NCBI GenBank assembly: GCA_045863235.1
Contig: BTUM01000004.1
Coordinates: 146,982-210,981, forward strand
Source of the DNA: Candidatus Xenobia bacterium
Lineage (GTDB): Bacteria; Vulcanimicrobiota; Xenobia; Xenobiales; QWHO01
Length of the DNA stretch: 64,000 bases
Reading direction: 5' to 3'
Shown here: piece by piece, positions 1-8,943 of the stretch
Position numbering within the stretch: position 1 is the stretch's first letter
Layout of the letters: every line of letters starts with the position of its first letter
The notes under the pieces: model-generated
The model's input: only the letters and a program-made list of their open reading frames with translations
Databases searched by the model: none
Told to the model about the DNA's origin: nothing
Translations under genes and position numbers: made by a program

Positions 1-179
1 GTGAAGGTCTGCTCGGGGTCGAGAGCGCGCTGCACCACGAAAGAGCATGCCTCGTCCACGGCCGCCCGGATGGCCTGGCTCTCGGCCGCGGCAAAGCCCG
101 AGCGCTCGGCGAGCTCGGCTGCGAAGGCGGCTGCGGCGCCCACGTAGAGGGGATGGGAAGGAAGCTCGAGGCGGCTCAC
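1..179 (-). CDS. Partial (5' end only) RsbW/anti-sigma-type ATP-binding (HATPase_c-like) domain protein; runs off the window edge
   Basis: Hand translation from GTG at 179 (GTGA overlap with the upstream stop): MSRLELPSHPLYVGAAAAFAAELAERSGFAAAESQAIRAAVDEACSFVV, matching the 'L.LP....GF......I..AVDEA' pattern of RsbW-like domains. Not in the ORF track. Confidence 0.6.
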   Translation of the reverse strand, partial: MSRLELPSHPLYVGAAAAFAAELAERSGFAAAESQAIRAAVDEACSFVVQRALDPEQTF

Positions 180-1435
180 AGGCTCTCGTCTCGCACCCGG
201 CGCAGCTTGCCGCTGTGAGCCCGACGCTCGAGCCGATCCACGCGCTCCACCCGGACCGGGTGGGTATAGCCCTGGCGCACGTGCTCGGCCAGGTTGGGCT
301 TGCGCTGCAAGAGCAAGGCCACCACCTGCTCTTCGCTCACGGGCTGCTCCACCTGGATCAAGAGCAGATCCCGGCCCTCAGGGCGGCGCTTGATCATCGT
401 GAAGCTGGCCACACCTCCCAGGGCCATCCGCACGTCTTCCCAGGTCACATTCTCGTAGCCGATGCGCAGCACGTCGTCGCCCCGCCCGAGCAGCTCGAAT
501 CGAGGCGAGGCCCGACCGCAGGGGCAGTCCCCGGCCACCCAGCGTCCCAGATCGCCTACCCGGTATCGAATGACCGGCATCAGCAACCGCTCGAGGTTGG
601 TGACCACCAGGTGCCCGGTCACTCCCGGCTCGCGAATGGGCCGGTCCTCCTCGTCCACCAGCTCCACGATCACCACCCCACCCAGCGCGTGGTGCACCCC
701 CCCCTGGCACGAGGGGCACTGATAGCCGATCATCCCCACGTCCACGGCTCCGTAGCCGGCCGTGGCCACCACCTCCAGGCCCAGCCCATCCACCAGCTTC
801 CGGCGATCTTCCGGGAAGAGGTGCTCGGCGGCATAAAAGAGCTTGTTGACGCGGGTTCGGCCGCTGGCCATCAAGGCCTCTCCCAGGGCCACCATCTGGG
901 TGGCCAGGCCCATCACCACGTTGATGGAGAAGGGCTCGAGGCAGGCCAGCACCTGCTCACGGGGGGCGTGAAAGGTGAAGGGGAACGAGGTCGCTCCCAC
1001 CTCCTCCAGACCGCGATGGATGGTCAAGAAACTGGCGTAGAGCTCGCCCACGGCGAACATGTTGGCGCAGCGGTCCTGGGGACGAAGCCCCGGAGCCCAC
1101 AGCGTGCGGCCGGTACTGCGCGACAAACGCCGATAGTCGGCGTGGCTGTAAAGGCTGTACTTCGGTTTGCCGGTGGTGCCCCCGCTCTGGAAGACAACCG
1201 CGCGCTCCAGGGGACCGGTCAGCAGGGCTCGAGAGCGGGGCGGGCCGTGCTCCACCAGGTCCTGGCGGGTGAGGAAGGGCAGCTCCTCCAGGCGACCACT
1301 GAGGCGCTCGCGAAAGAAGCTCGCCCGCCGGGCTCGCTGCAAGAGCTGCCGAAGTCGCGCGGACTCCAGTGCCCCGAGCTGGTCAGCCGAAAGGCCATCC
1401 AGCTGATCGAAAGGATGCTCGACCCGGGAAGACAT
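176..1435 (-). CDS. Phenylacetate-CoA ligase (PaaK)-family adenylate-forming enzyme
   Basis: P-loop SGGTTGKPK, LPFLTR, 'MPVIRYRVGDL', 'LLGRGDD', 'SGKLRRV'. Start placed at ATG 1435 (ORF track allows 1453). Confidence 0.85.
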   Translation of the reverse strand: MSSRVEHPFDQLDGLSADQLGALESARLRQLLQRARRASFFRERLSGRLEELPFLTRQDLVEHGPPRSRALLTGPLERAVVFQSGGTTGKPKYSLYSHADYRRLSRSTGRTLWAPGLRPQDRCANMFAVGELYASFLTIHRGLEEVGATSFPFTFHAPREQVLACLEPFSINVVMGLATQMVALGEALMASGRTRVNKLFYAAEHLFPEDRRKLVDGLGLEVVATAGYGAVDVGMIGYQCPSCQGGVHHALGGVVIVELVDEEDRPIREPGVTGHLVVTNLERLLMPVIRYRVGDLGRWVAGDCPCGRASPRFELLGRGDDVLRIGYENVTWEDVRMALGGVASFTMIKRRPEGRDLLLIQVEQPVSEEQVVALLLQRKPNLAEHVRQGYTHPVRVERVDRLERRAHSGKLRRVRDESL

Positions 1436-1557
1436 AGCCCGTAGCATACTCACATTCGGCCCTCTGGTCTATGATCGAGGACAGGGAGGGCCATGCAAAG
1501 ATCTTGCTAAACTGCGCCGAGTACCTTTGGGGCATCCACTTCGCTCTGGAGGACCCC

Positions 1558-2577
1558 ATGCAGATCCCGCCCATCGAAACCCGGTGCAACCCGCTGGTCT
1601 GTTTCTTGCCCGCTCCGATCCTGGGGCAGCCGTCCTCTGGAACCATTGCGGGGGACTTGAACGTGCTCAGCCCCGACGTCCTCCAGATGGGCAGCTTCCT
1701 CAACGCTCCCGGTGCCCTCCAGCCCGAGCCCCAGATGGGCGGTTTCCTCAACGCCCTGGCGGCCAACTATGCCCCTCCCCAGGCGCAGGTCATGGCCCTG
1801 ATACAGGGATTGCTGGCCCTGTGCCAGCTCCTGGCTGGCTGGCAGGGCTTTGCCGGCGGAGCAACCCCGCCCGGGATCCTCCCATGGCCAACCGGAATGG
1901 GCAACGCATGGCCAACCGGGACGGCCAATGGCAACGTCAGCGCTGGGATCGTGCCGGTGCTTCCCTACGACGGACAGCCCACCGGCGGCGGCATGGACCC
2001 CGAGCGCATCCATATGACCCAGGTCTTCGACCGCAAATACAATCGTGGGGGCGCTCCTCGCAGCGCCGACTGCGGCCCGACCTCGCTGGCCATGGGGCTG
2101 GAAGCTCTGGGCTTGAATCCGCGCGGTTCGGTGCAAGACAAGATCGATGCTGCACGCCTGGCAATGTTTCGCGGGGCGGACGCCTCCAGGGACGGATTCG
2201 ACGTGGCCGGCAACAAGAGCCAGGCTGAGCACGGAACCTCCACCAACATCAGCGACTGGCGCCGAGGCGCACGCGCCGCCGGAGCCCGCAGCCGGGACGT
2301 GCGCAGCGTGGCCGACGTGGCCCGCGAGGTAAGTCAGGGGCACCCGGTCATGCTGGCCGGTCGCAACGCGGGTAACATTTATGGCCGCGGACACGGGATC
2401 TCCTTCAACGGGGGCCACGCCATCCTGGTATCCGGCTACGACCGGGCCAGCGGCACGTTCATCCTCAACGATCCGCTCGCCCACGGGGGGCCCATCCGCG
2501 TCAATCGGGCCCAGCTGGCAGCTTTCCTCTGGGATGGTGACGGGGGAGGCGTGGACGGGATTGCCCTGATGCGCTGA
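1558..2577 (+). CDS. C39-like (papain-fold) cysteine peptidase domain protein with low-complexity N-terminus
   Basis: DCGPTSLAM (Cys), GHAILVSGYD (His), LNDP (Asp). GGAGG RBS before ATG 1558. Confidence 0.8.
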   Translation: MQIPPIETRCNPLVCFLPAPILGQPSSGTIAGDLNVLSPDVLQMGSFLNAPGALQPEPQMGGFLNALAANYAPPQAQVMALIQGLLALCQLLAGWQGFAGGATPPGILPWPTGMGNAWPTGTANGNVSAGIVPVLPYDGQPTGGGMDPERIHMTQVFDRKYNRGGAPRSADCGPTSLAMGLEALGLNPRGSVQDKIDAARLAMFRGADASRDGFDVAGNKSQAEHGTSTNISDWRRGARAAGARSRDVRSVADVAREVSQGHPVMLAGRNAGNIYGRGHGISFNGGHAILVSGYDRASGTFILNDPLAHGGPIRVNRAQLAAFLWDGDGGGVDGIALMR

Positions 2578-2680
2578 ACCTGGCCTCCTGGCAATCTGAT
2601 GTTCGTTTCCGGGGAGCACGTTTTTCCGGCGGAAACGAAAACCTGCCGAACAAAGAAGAGAAAAGCCCACCAGGGCGTTC

Positions 2681-2696
2681 TGTGAAAACTTTCACG
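2681..2696. promoter_or_regulatory. CRP/FNR-family-like palindromic site TGTGA-N6-TCACG
   Basis: TGTGAAAACTTTCACG versus CRP consensus TGTGA-N6-TCACA, about 65 bp upstream of a lipoprotein gene. Confidence 0.4.
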
Positions 2697-2761
2697 GAGG
2701 CGAAACTCCTGCCGAACACAAGGGGGCAGGAGTGTGCGTTCATGCCCGCGCAACCACCCGG

Positions 2762-4003
2762 ATGAAAAACTTCCTCTTGACCTGCTCGATGCTGCTCGCG
2801 ATGGGATGCAGCGGTTCCGAAACCCTGACCGGCGGCCCGCCCGTAGTGGACAACCTGCCGCCCCAGGCCCTCCTCCCGCCGGCCGCCCCGCTCACCCTGG
2901 AGAGCAGGCCCAACCTGGGCCGCATGCCGGTTATCGCGGAGCTGGGGGAGATTCCACCCGCTCCCTTGCCTCCCAATGCTCCACCGCCGGCGGGAGCCAC
3001 CTTCACCCCGCTGGGCACTCTCCGTGGAGGCGATTCCGAGGCCTACGCCATCTCGGCCGATGGCTCAACGCTGACGGGGGCGTCCATCGACCCGGCCGGA
3101 AATCGGGACGCGTTCGTCTGGACCAGGGCTTCCGGGATGCAGGCGCTGCCGAACTCGCCGCGCAAGCCACAGAGCGAAGGCCACGCACTCAACAGCAATG
3201 GCAGCAAGGTCGGTGGCCTGGGAATCCTGTTCGACATCCTGGCGGCTCAGACATGGACCGACCAGGGCGTCTTCACGCTGCCGGGGTCGGTAGCACCCAA
3301 CCTGCCGCCCCAGGTCGTTTCCGACCTCTCGCTCGACGGCACCGTGGCCGTGGGAACCGCGGGTACGGGCTTCCTCGGCTATCAAGGCTTTCGCTGGATC
3401 CAGGGGGCCCCGCAGCCGCACGGTCTGGGCACGCTGGGAGCCCCTCCCGGACAGCAGCCCGGCAGCGAGGGACACGGGAGTTCGGGCGACGGCTCCGTGA
3501 TCACCGGCATTAGCACCAACAAAGCCGGCGGGCTTTCGGCCTACCGCTGGGTGGCGGGCACCATGTCGGCGCTTCCGACGCTCGGAAACCTCGCCTTTAG
3601 CGATGGCTGGGAGGTGTCCGCTGACGGCAGCAGTATCGTGGGCTGGAGCTCCAATCAGCCCAATCTCGTCCCCGCCCAGGCCACGCTCTGGAATGCCAGC
3701 GGGGCGGTCTCGCTGGGCACGCTCGCCGGCTTTGAGTTCAGCTCACAGGCCTACGGGGCCTCCTCCGATGGCTCGGTCGTCGTGGGCGCGGCCGCCAGTG
3801 GTCAGAATTTCCACTCCCAGGCCGCTTTCGTGTGGGACCAGGCCAACGGCATGCGGCGCCTGCAGGACCTGCTCGGCTCGGCGGTGCCCGCCGGGTGGAA
3901 CTTGCTCGTCGCCACCGCCGTCTCAGACGACGGCCAGACTGTGGCCGGCTTCGGGCTCAACCCGCAGGGCGCGGTGGAGGCCTTCAGCGCTCAGTTGCCC
4001 TGA
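2762..4003 (+). CDS. Lipoprotein with HAF-type extracellular repeats (beta-propeller)
   Basis: Lipobox-like MKNFLLTCSMLLAMGC; repeated 'LGTL....S.A...S.DGS..VG' and 'AFVW..A.GM' units. Confidence 0.8.
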   Translation: MKNFLLTCSMLLAMGCSGSETLTGGPPVVDNLPPQALLPPAAPLTLESRPNLGRMPVIAELGEIPPAPLPPNAPPPAGATFTPLGTLRGGDSEAYAISADGSTLTGASIDPAGNRDAFVWTRASGMQALPNSPRKPQSEGHALNSNGSKVGGLGILFDILAAQTWTDQGVFTLPGSVAPNLPPQVVSDLSLDGTVAVGTAGTGFLGYQGFRWIQGAPQPHGLGTLGAPPGQQPGSEGHGSSGDGSVITGISTNKAGGLSAYRWVAGTMSALPTLGNLAFSDGWEVSADGSSIVGWSSNQPNLVPAQATLWNASGAVSLGTLAGFEFSSQAYGASSDGSVVVGAAASGQNFHSQAAFVWDQANGMRRLQDLLGSAVPAGWNLLVATAVSDDGQTVAGFGLNPQGAVEAFSAQLP

Positions 4004-4011
4004 GCACTCGG

Positions 4012-4431
4012 TCAGGCGGTCAGGAAGCGATAGGCCTTCAGATAGCGGCGCAGGCGCTCGACCGCCCTGTCGTCCAGCTCTTGCAGGCGGGTGAGGTCCA
4101 TGTTGTCAAGCAGGTCAGCCAGCTTGACAGCCCGGGCTACCGGGTGGGCGGCGCAGCGGGCCACGAACTCCTCGTAGCTGTCGCTCTCGCGCCGGGTGAC
4201 CAGTTCCACCGCCTCCAACACCGGGGTCGGAAAGCCCTCCTCGCGCAAACGCTCGAGAGTCCACTCCGAGTCCTCCACCACGTCGTGCAGGAGGGCGGCC
4301 ATGCGCTCGTGCTCCGAGCGCACCCTGCCCATCACCCGGATGGGATGCAGCGCATAGGGCTGGCCGGTCTTGTCTTGTTGGGAGGCGTGGGCCTCGAGCA
4401 TGATCTCCAGAGCACGTTGCACGGTAGCCAC
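4012..4431 (-). CDS. HD-domain protein (RelA/SpoT-hydrolase-like, Mesh1/PaSpo type)
   Basis: AH..Q.DK.G.PY..HP, ALLHDVVED, VKLADLLDN. Confidence 0.85.
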   Translation of the reverse strand: MATVQRALEIMLEAHASQQDKTGQPYALHPIRVMGRVRSEHERMAALLHDVVEDSEWTLERLREEGFPTPVLEAVELVTRRESDSYEEFVARCAAHPVARAVKLADLLDNMDLTRLQELDDRAVERLRRYLKAYRFLTA

Positions 4432-4787
4432 AGGGCCCGCTTCGGCGCATAGCGAACTTTGCCTTGTGCGGGGGGTGCTCACTGATCGTGCTGATTCTGG
4501 TGGCCGGAATGTGGACCCTCCTTGCGCCGGGCCTTCCCCTCCAGGTCGCCTGGACTTCGGCCGGCACCCACAGCGCCATCCTCTACTCGCTCGAGCCGAC
4601 TCTGAATCCAGGCTGGCTCGGCGAGGGCGTGCTCAACGAGATTCTGATGCAGAAGAAGATCCCGCTTGCTCCCTGAGCCAGGATCCCCACTCCCCACAGC
4701 AGGTCCCTGCGCGTTCCCTTTCATTCGCCGACCCGGAGAGGGAATCCCCATCCCGATGCCCAAAGAACCGGCCGGAGGACGCACGCC

Positions 4788-5852
4788 ATGCCCTGGAAGA
4801 CCGAACTTTACGCCGACCATGAAGCCCTCGGGGCCAAGCTGGCCCCTTTCGCCGGGGTGCTGCTGCCCAGCCGCTACAAGAGCAACCGGCGCGAGTATCG
4901 CTCGGCCCGCACCACCTGCGCGGTGGCCGACTGGGGCCACCACGCCCTCTTGCGCATGAGCGGGCCGGACAGCCGCGACTTTCTCAACCGTCTGCTCTCC
5001 AACGTGGTGCCTCCCCCGGGACAGGGCTGCCACACCTTCCTGCTCAACATCCAGGGCCGGCCCCTGGTGGAAGCCTGGCTCTACGCCACCCCCGACGAAG
5101 TCTGGCTGGAGGTTCCCCGGTCCCAGGCCCGCATCGCCGTGGAGCAGTTCAACCATTACCACTTCACCGAGAACCTCAAGCTCGAGGAGGCCCAGCTCAC
5201 CGGCATCATCATGGTGGGCCCTCGGGCCGAGAAGGTGCTGGAGGCGGTCAGCCAGGGGGACCGTCCCGATCGGCCCTACCAGGCCACCAGGCTGAAGGTG
5301 ACCCGGCTGGCCGGGGGCGGCCAGGTCGAGGTGCTGTGCACCCGCACGCCTTACCTGGGCGTGGAGGCTCTGGTCCTCTGGGTGCCCAACGAACAGGCCT
5401 CGCGCGTCTGGCAGCGGCTGCTGCACACCTCGCTCAAGCCTTCCCCGGCCGGAACCGACGCCCTGGAAATGCTGCGCATCGAGGCCGGCACCCCTCGCTT
5501 CGAGGCCGACTACGACGAGAACACGCTCTTTCTGGAGATGGCTCCGCCCGACTCTTACTCCGAGACCAAGGGCTGCTATATCGGGCAGGAGGTGGTGGCC
5601 CGGGTGCTCCACCAGGGGCACGTCAACCGGCGTTTGGTAGGAGTTTCGATTGAAGGTCTGAAACGCATTCAAGGCAAGCTGTTCGCGGACGGCAAGGAAG
5701 TGGGGCGGATCACCTCCGGCCTCATTTCGCCCGACTATGGCCCTATCGCGCTGGCCTACATCCGGCGCGAGAACTGGCACGCCGGCACCGAGCTGGTGAC
5801 GGAGAAAGGCACGCCCGCGCGGGTGCACGAACTACCATTTAGAAAAGGGTGA
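4788..5852 (+). CDS. GcvT/YgfZ-family folate-binding protein
   Basis: KGCYIGQE motif (YgfZ signature) with a GcvT-like N-terminus; GGAGG RBS. Confidence 0.85.
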   Translation: MPWKTELYADHEALGAKLAPFAGVLLPSRYKSNRREYRSARTTCAVADWGHHALLRMSGPDSRDFLNRLLSNVVPPPGQGCHTFLLNIQGRPLVEAWLYATPDEVWLEVPRSQARIAVEQFNHYHFTENLKLEEAQLTGIIMVGPRAEKVLEAVSQGDRPDRPYQATRLKVTRLAGGGQVEVLCTRTPYLGVEALVLWVPNEQASRVWQRLLHTSLKPSPAGTDALEMLRIEAGTPRFEADYDENTLFLEMAPPDSYSETKGCYIGQEVVARVLHQGHVNRRLVGVSIEGLKRIQGKLFADGKEVGRITSGLISPDYGPIALAYIRRENWHAGTELVTEKGTPARVHELPFRKG

Positions 5853-5858
5853 TCGCGC

Positions 5859-6650
5859 GTGGAACAGTACCTCGAGCTGCTACAGAAAGTGCTCTCCGAG
5901 GGCGTGCAGAAAGAAGACCGGACCGGAACCGGCACCAGGAGCCTGTTTGGCTACCAGATGCGCTTCGACCTGAGCCAGGGCTTCCCGGCCGTGACCACCA
6001 AGAAACTGCACCTGAAATCGATCATTTATGAGCTGCTCTGGTTCTTGCAGGGGGCCACCAACGTGCGCTACCTGCAAGAGCACGGGGTGACCATCTGGGA
6101 CGAGTGGGCCGATCCCGAGGGAGAGCTCGGCCCGGTCTACGGCAAGCAGTGGCGCTCCTGGCCCGGTCCGGATGGACGCACCCACGACCAGATTGCCACC
6201 GTCGTGGAGGAGATCAAGCGCAATCCCGACTCACGCCGCCTGGTGGTGAGCGCCTGGAACGTGGGCTGCCTGGAGGATATGGCCCTGGCCCCCTGCCACG
6301 CGCTGTTTCAGTTCTACGTGGCCCGGGGCAGGCTCTCGTGTCAGCTCTACCAGCGCAGCGCGGACGTCTTTCTGGGGGTTCCCTTCAACATCGCCTCCTA
6401 CGCGCTGCTCACCATGATGGTGGCCCAGGTCACCGGGCTGAAGCCGGGCGACTTCGTGCACACGCTCGGCGATGCCCACCTCTACCTCAACCACCTCGAG
6501 CAGGCCCGCGAGCAGCTGACCCGCAAGCCGTTCCCGCTGCCTCGCATGGAGATCAAGAGCCGCCAGGACCTGAGGGACTTTGTCTACGAGGACTTCACCC
6601 TGCACGACTACCAACACCATCCGGCCATCCGGGCCCCCATCGCGGTGTAG
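5859..6650 (+). CDS. thyA: Thymidylate synthase
   Basis: [47 protein letters not shown]. Confidence 0.98.
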   Translation: MEQYLELLQKVLSEGVQKEDRTGTGTRSLFGYQMRFDLSQGFPAVTTKKLHLKSIIYELLWFLQGATNVRYLQEHGVTIWDEWADPEGELGPVYGKQWRSWPGPDGRTHDQIATVVEEIKRNPDSRRLVVSAWNVGCLEDMALAPCHALFQFYVARGRLSCQLYQRSADVFLGVPFNIASYALLTMMVAQVTGLKPGDFVHTLGDAHLYLNHLEQAREQLTRKPFPLPRMEIKSRQDLRDFVYEDFTLHDYQHHPAIRAPIAV

Positions 6651-6651
6651 C

Positions 6652-7119
6652 ATGATCGTCACCGTAGCCGCCATGGGACGTGACCGGGTCATCGGCCAGG
6701 ACGGTCACCTGCCCTGGAAGATGCCCGCCGACCTGCGCCATTTCCGCGAGGTAACCCGGGGCAAGACCGTGGTCATGGGGCGCAAGACCTACGAATCCAT
6801 CGGACGTCCTCTCCCCGATCGCACCAACCTGGTGCTCTCACGGGCGCGCGACTTCACGATCCCGGGCTGCCAGGTGGTCAGCTTGGAGGAGGCCCTGGAA
6901 TACCCCGAGCTCTATGTCCTGGGTGGGGAAGAGATCTATCGGCTGTTCTTGCCCCGCGCCCAGCGCCAAATCTTGACCGAGATCCACGGCGACTTCATGG
7001 GCGACACCTACTATCCCGACTTCTCACGGCATGAGTGGAAGGAAGTCGAGCGCGTCGACCATCCGGCCGACGCAGAGAACCCGCACCCCTATAGTTTCGT
7101 CACCTGGGAGCGTGTCTAG
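6652..7119 (+). CDS. folA: Dihydrofolate reductase
   Basis: VIG.DG.LPW..P.DL.HF, MGRKTYESIGRPLP.R; directly after thyA. Confidence 0.96.
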   Translation: MIVTVAAMGRDRVIGQDGHLPWKMPADLRHFREVTRGKTVVMGRKTYESIGRPLPDRTNLVLSRARDFTIPGCQVVSLEEALEYPELYVLGGEEIYRLFLPRAQRQILTEIHGDFMGDTYYPDFSRHEWKEVERVDHPADAENPHPYSFVTWERV

Positions 7120-7751
7120 CGACCGCCGACCGGCTCGCGAGTGCGGGGCTGCACGCGAATGTCGGTGATGGCCAGGCTCTCCACGTTCACACTGGCCGCC
7201 TTCATGGCCGGGTGGGCGAAGCTCAGGATTTGCTGGGCCAGGCATCCGCGGTCGCGGTTGAGCGACTCCAGGTCAACCCTGGGCAGATTGATGAAACCTT
7301 CGTGCAGCACCAGGGTGGCCCGCTGGCGCAAGGCCTCGGGAGTGGCATCGAGCCAGGAGCGGCCGCCCACTCGGGCCACCGCGTCCACGGTCACCACGAA
7401 TCCCTCCACGGTGCGCATCTCGGGGGACATGACCTCGAGCCAGAACCCGTCCGGATCGCGGGGGGCGGCCTCGAGCTGAATGACCCGCAGGGTCATCTCC
7501 ACGAGCTCCACCCCTCGACGCTTGAGGTCGCGCTCGAGCTGCGCTCGAAGCTGCCCGCGAATGGTTTGCAGCGACTCCACTACCTGCGCCTCGCTCTTGC
7601 GAGCCACCTCCACTTGGAGATAGTGCTCGAGCAACTCGCGCACCATGGGCCCGAGCAGAGCCCGGGAAACCCGACGGTCGAGCATTCGGACCTGGGCCAC
7701 CGCCTGAAAGGCGAGGAAAGACCCATCCTCGGTGAGGATTTCGAGGATCAC
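7116..7751 (-). CDS. Hypothetical protein with two tandem SPFH/band-7-like segments
   Basis: AAGGAGG RBS before GTG 7751. Two units 'T.DG/EG..V.V.A....' ending 'GVELVEMTL' and 'SVNVESLAITDI'. Confidence 0.55.
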   Translation of the reverse strand: MILEILTEDGSFLAFQAVAQVRMLDRRVSRALLGPMVRELLEHYLQVEVARKSEAQVVESLQTIRGQLRAQLERDLKRRGVELVEMTLRVIQLEAAPRDPDGFWLEVMSPEMRTVEGFVVTVDAVARVGGRSWLDATPEALRQRATLVLHEGFINLPRVDLESLNRDRGCLAQQILSFAHPAMKAASVNVESLAITDIRVQPRTREPVGGR

Positions 7752-7761
7752 GCGGACCTCC

Positions 7762-8169
7762 TTACGCTTCCGAGGAAGCGGGCTTCTCTTCGGTTGATTC
7801 GGTCGCCTGAGCGGTTGACTCGGTCGCCTGAGCGGCCTGGGGCTCGGTCGCGGCCTCGCTGGCTTCGGTCGCGCTGGCCTCGCTCGCGGGGGCCTCACCA
7901 GACGACGCAGCGGCCTCAGTCGTCTTCGCAGCGGTCTCGGTCGCCGTCGCAGCGGCTTTCTCCGCCGCGGCAGCCGGCTCAGGCGCAGCTTTCGTCTCGT
8001 GGCCACCGTGGCCATGACCGTGATCGTGCGGGGTGTGGCCGCCAGACTTCTGCACGCCTGTAGCACCACCGCCGATGGAGACCAGGATGTAAGACAGAAT
8101 CGTCATTCCCACCAGCACGCCCAGTCCATAGGCGACGGCCGTGCCGAGAGCGATGAAGTAAGTTCCCAT
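7762..8169 (-). CDS. Membrane-anchored protein: N-terminal TM helix, His-rich motif, Ala/Glu/Thr low-complexity tail
   Basis: GGAGG RBS; hydrophobic residues ~4-31; HTPHDHGHGHGGH; 21-bp tandem repeat encoding AQATEST twice. Confidence 0.7.
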   Translation of the reverse strand: MGTYFIALGTAVAYGLGVLVGMTILSYILVSIGGGATGVQKSGGHTPHDHGHGHGGHETKAAPEPAAAAEKAAATATETAAKTTEAAASSGEAPASEASATEASEAATEPQAAQATESTAQATESTEEKPASSEA

Positions 8170-8309
8170 AGCTTTGTGTTCCTCCGTGGGCCCGAGGACC
8201 ACCCCGGCCTCGGTGCCGTGAGTGCGCGACCGGCAGGGTCGGCACATTCCAGGGTAGTTACGTTCTTGGCCCGGGAGGCTCCTGCCCGTCAACGCACGAA
8301 TTCCAACTC

Positions 8310-8942
8310 ATGCGCCCTCGCACCCTGGCTCTGGGCTTGACACTCTTCCTGGGTCTGGCCTTGCTGCTCGCCTGGTGGGGCAGCCCCCCGCCTGTAGCCA
8401 ACCTGGGTCCGCGCGAGGGACCGATCGTGATCCTGGGAGACAGCCTGGCCGCCGGAGTGGGCTCGGCCAGCAAGCAGGGCTTCGTCGGCCGGCTCGAGCA
8501 GCGGCTGGGAGTGAGCATCGTCAACAAAGGCATCTCCGGCAACACCACCCGCCAGGGGCTGGATCGGCTCGAGCGCGACGTGCTGAGCCTCAAGCCCGCC
8601 CTGGTGATCGTGGAGTTGGGAGGCAACGACTTCATCCAGAAGGTGCCGCCCGACGAGACCTTCGCCAATCTCGAGCAGATCATCGCCCGCATCCAGGCCC
8701 AGGGCGCTCCCGTGCTGCTGCTGGGGGTGCAGGGAGGGGTCTTTCAGGACAAGGCCGGAGGACGCTACAAGTCACTGGCCCGGAAAATGAAGACAGCCTA
8801 CGTAGCCAATATCATGGACGGGATCTGGACCAACCCGGCCCTCAAGGACGATACCATCCACCCCAACGACGCCGGCTACGAGCGCGTGGCCGAGCGAATT
8901 GAGCCGACGCTTCGCAGGATGCTCCAGGCAATGCAGCGCTGA
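8310..8942 (+). CDS. GDSL/SGNH esterase (TesA/arylesterase-like), exported
   Basis: GDSLAAG, NKGISG, LGGND, D.IHPN blocks; N-terminal hydrophobic segment. Confidence 0.92.
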   Translation: MRPRTLALGLTLFLGLALLLAWWGSPPPVANLGPREGPIVILGDSLAAGVGSASKQGFVGRLEQRLGVSIVNKGISGNTTRQGLDRLERDVLSLKPALVIVELGGNDFIQKVPPDETFANLEQIIARIQAQGAPVLLLGVQGGVFQDKAGGRYKSLARKMKTAYVANIMDGIWTNPALKDDTIHPNDAGYERVAERIEPTLRRMLQAMQR

Positions 8943-8943
8943 A

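Noticed and set aside
47..1444. Long antisense or alternate-frame ORFs (e.g. 47-1444+, 19314-21764-, 26560-28434-, 47649-49349+)
   Set aside because: Shadow ORFs typical of high-GC DNA; they overlap better-supported genes.
2670..2735. c-di-GMP-I riboswitch
   Set aside because: The two-stem layout is similar, but the GGCAAAC, GNRA tetraloop/receptor and CGCAAAG consensus are not matched.
4464..4676. 70-aa hydrophobic ORF divergent from the HD gene
   Set aside because: No RBS or recognisable motif; may be real but cannot be supported.
4676..4787. Folate/ZTP/glycine riboswitch upstream of ygfZ-thyA-folA
   Set aside because: Only a short TTCCCT/AGGGAA stem and a weak ATCCCCA repeat; the conserved riboswitch cores are absent.
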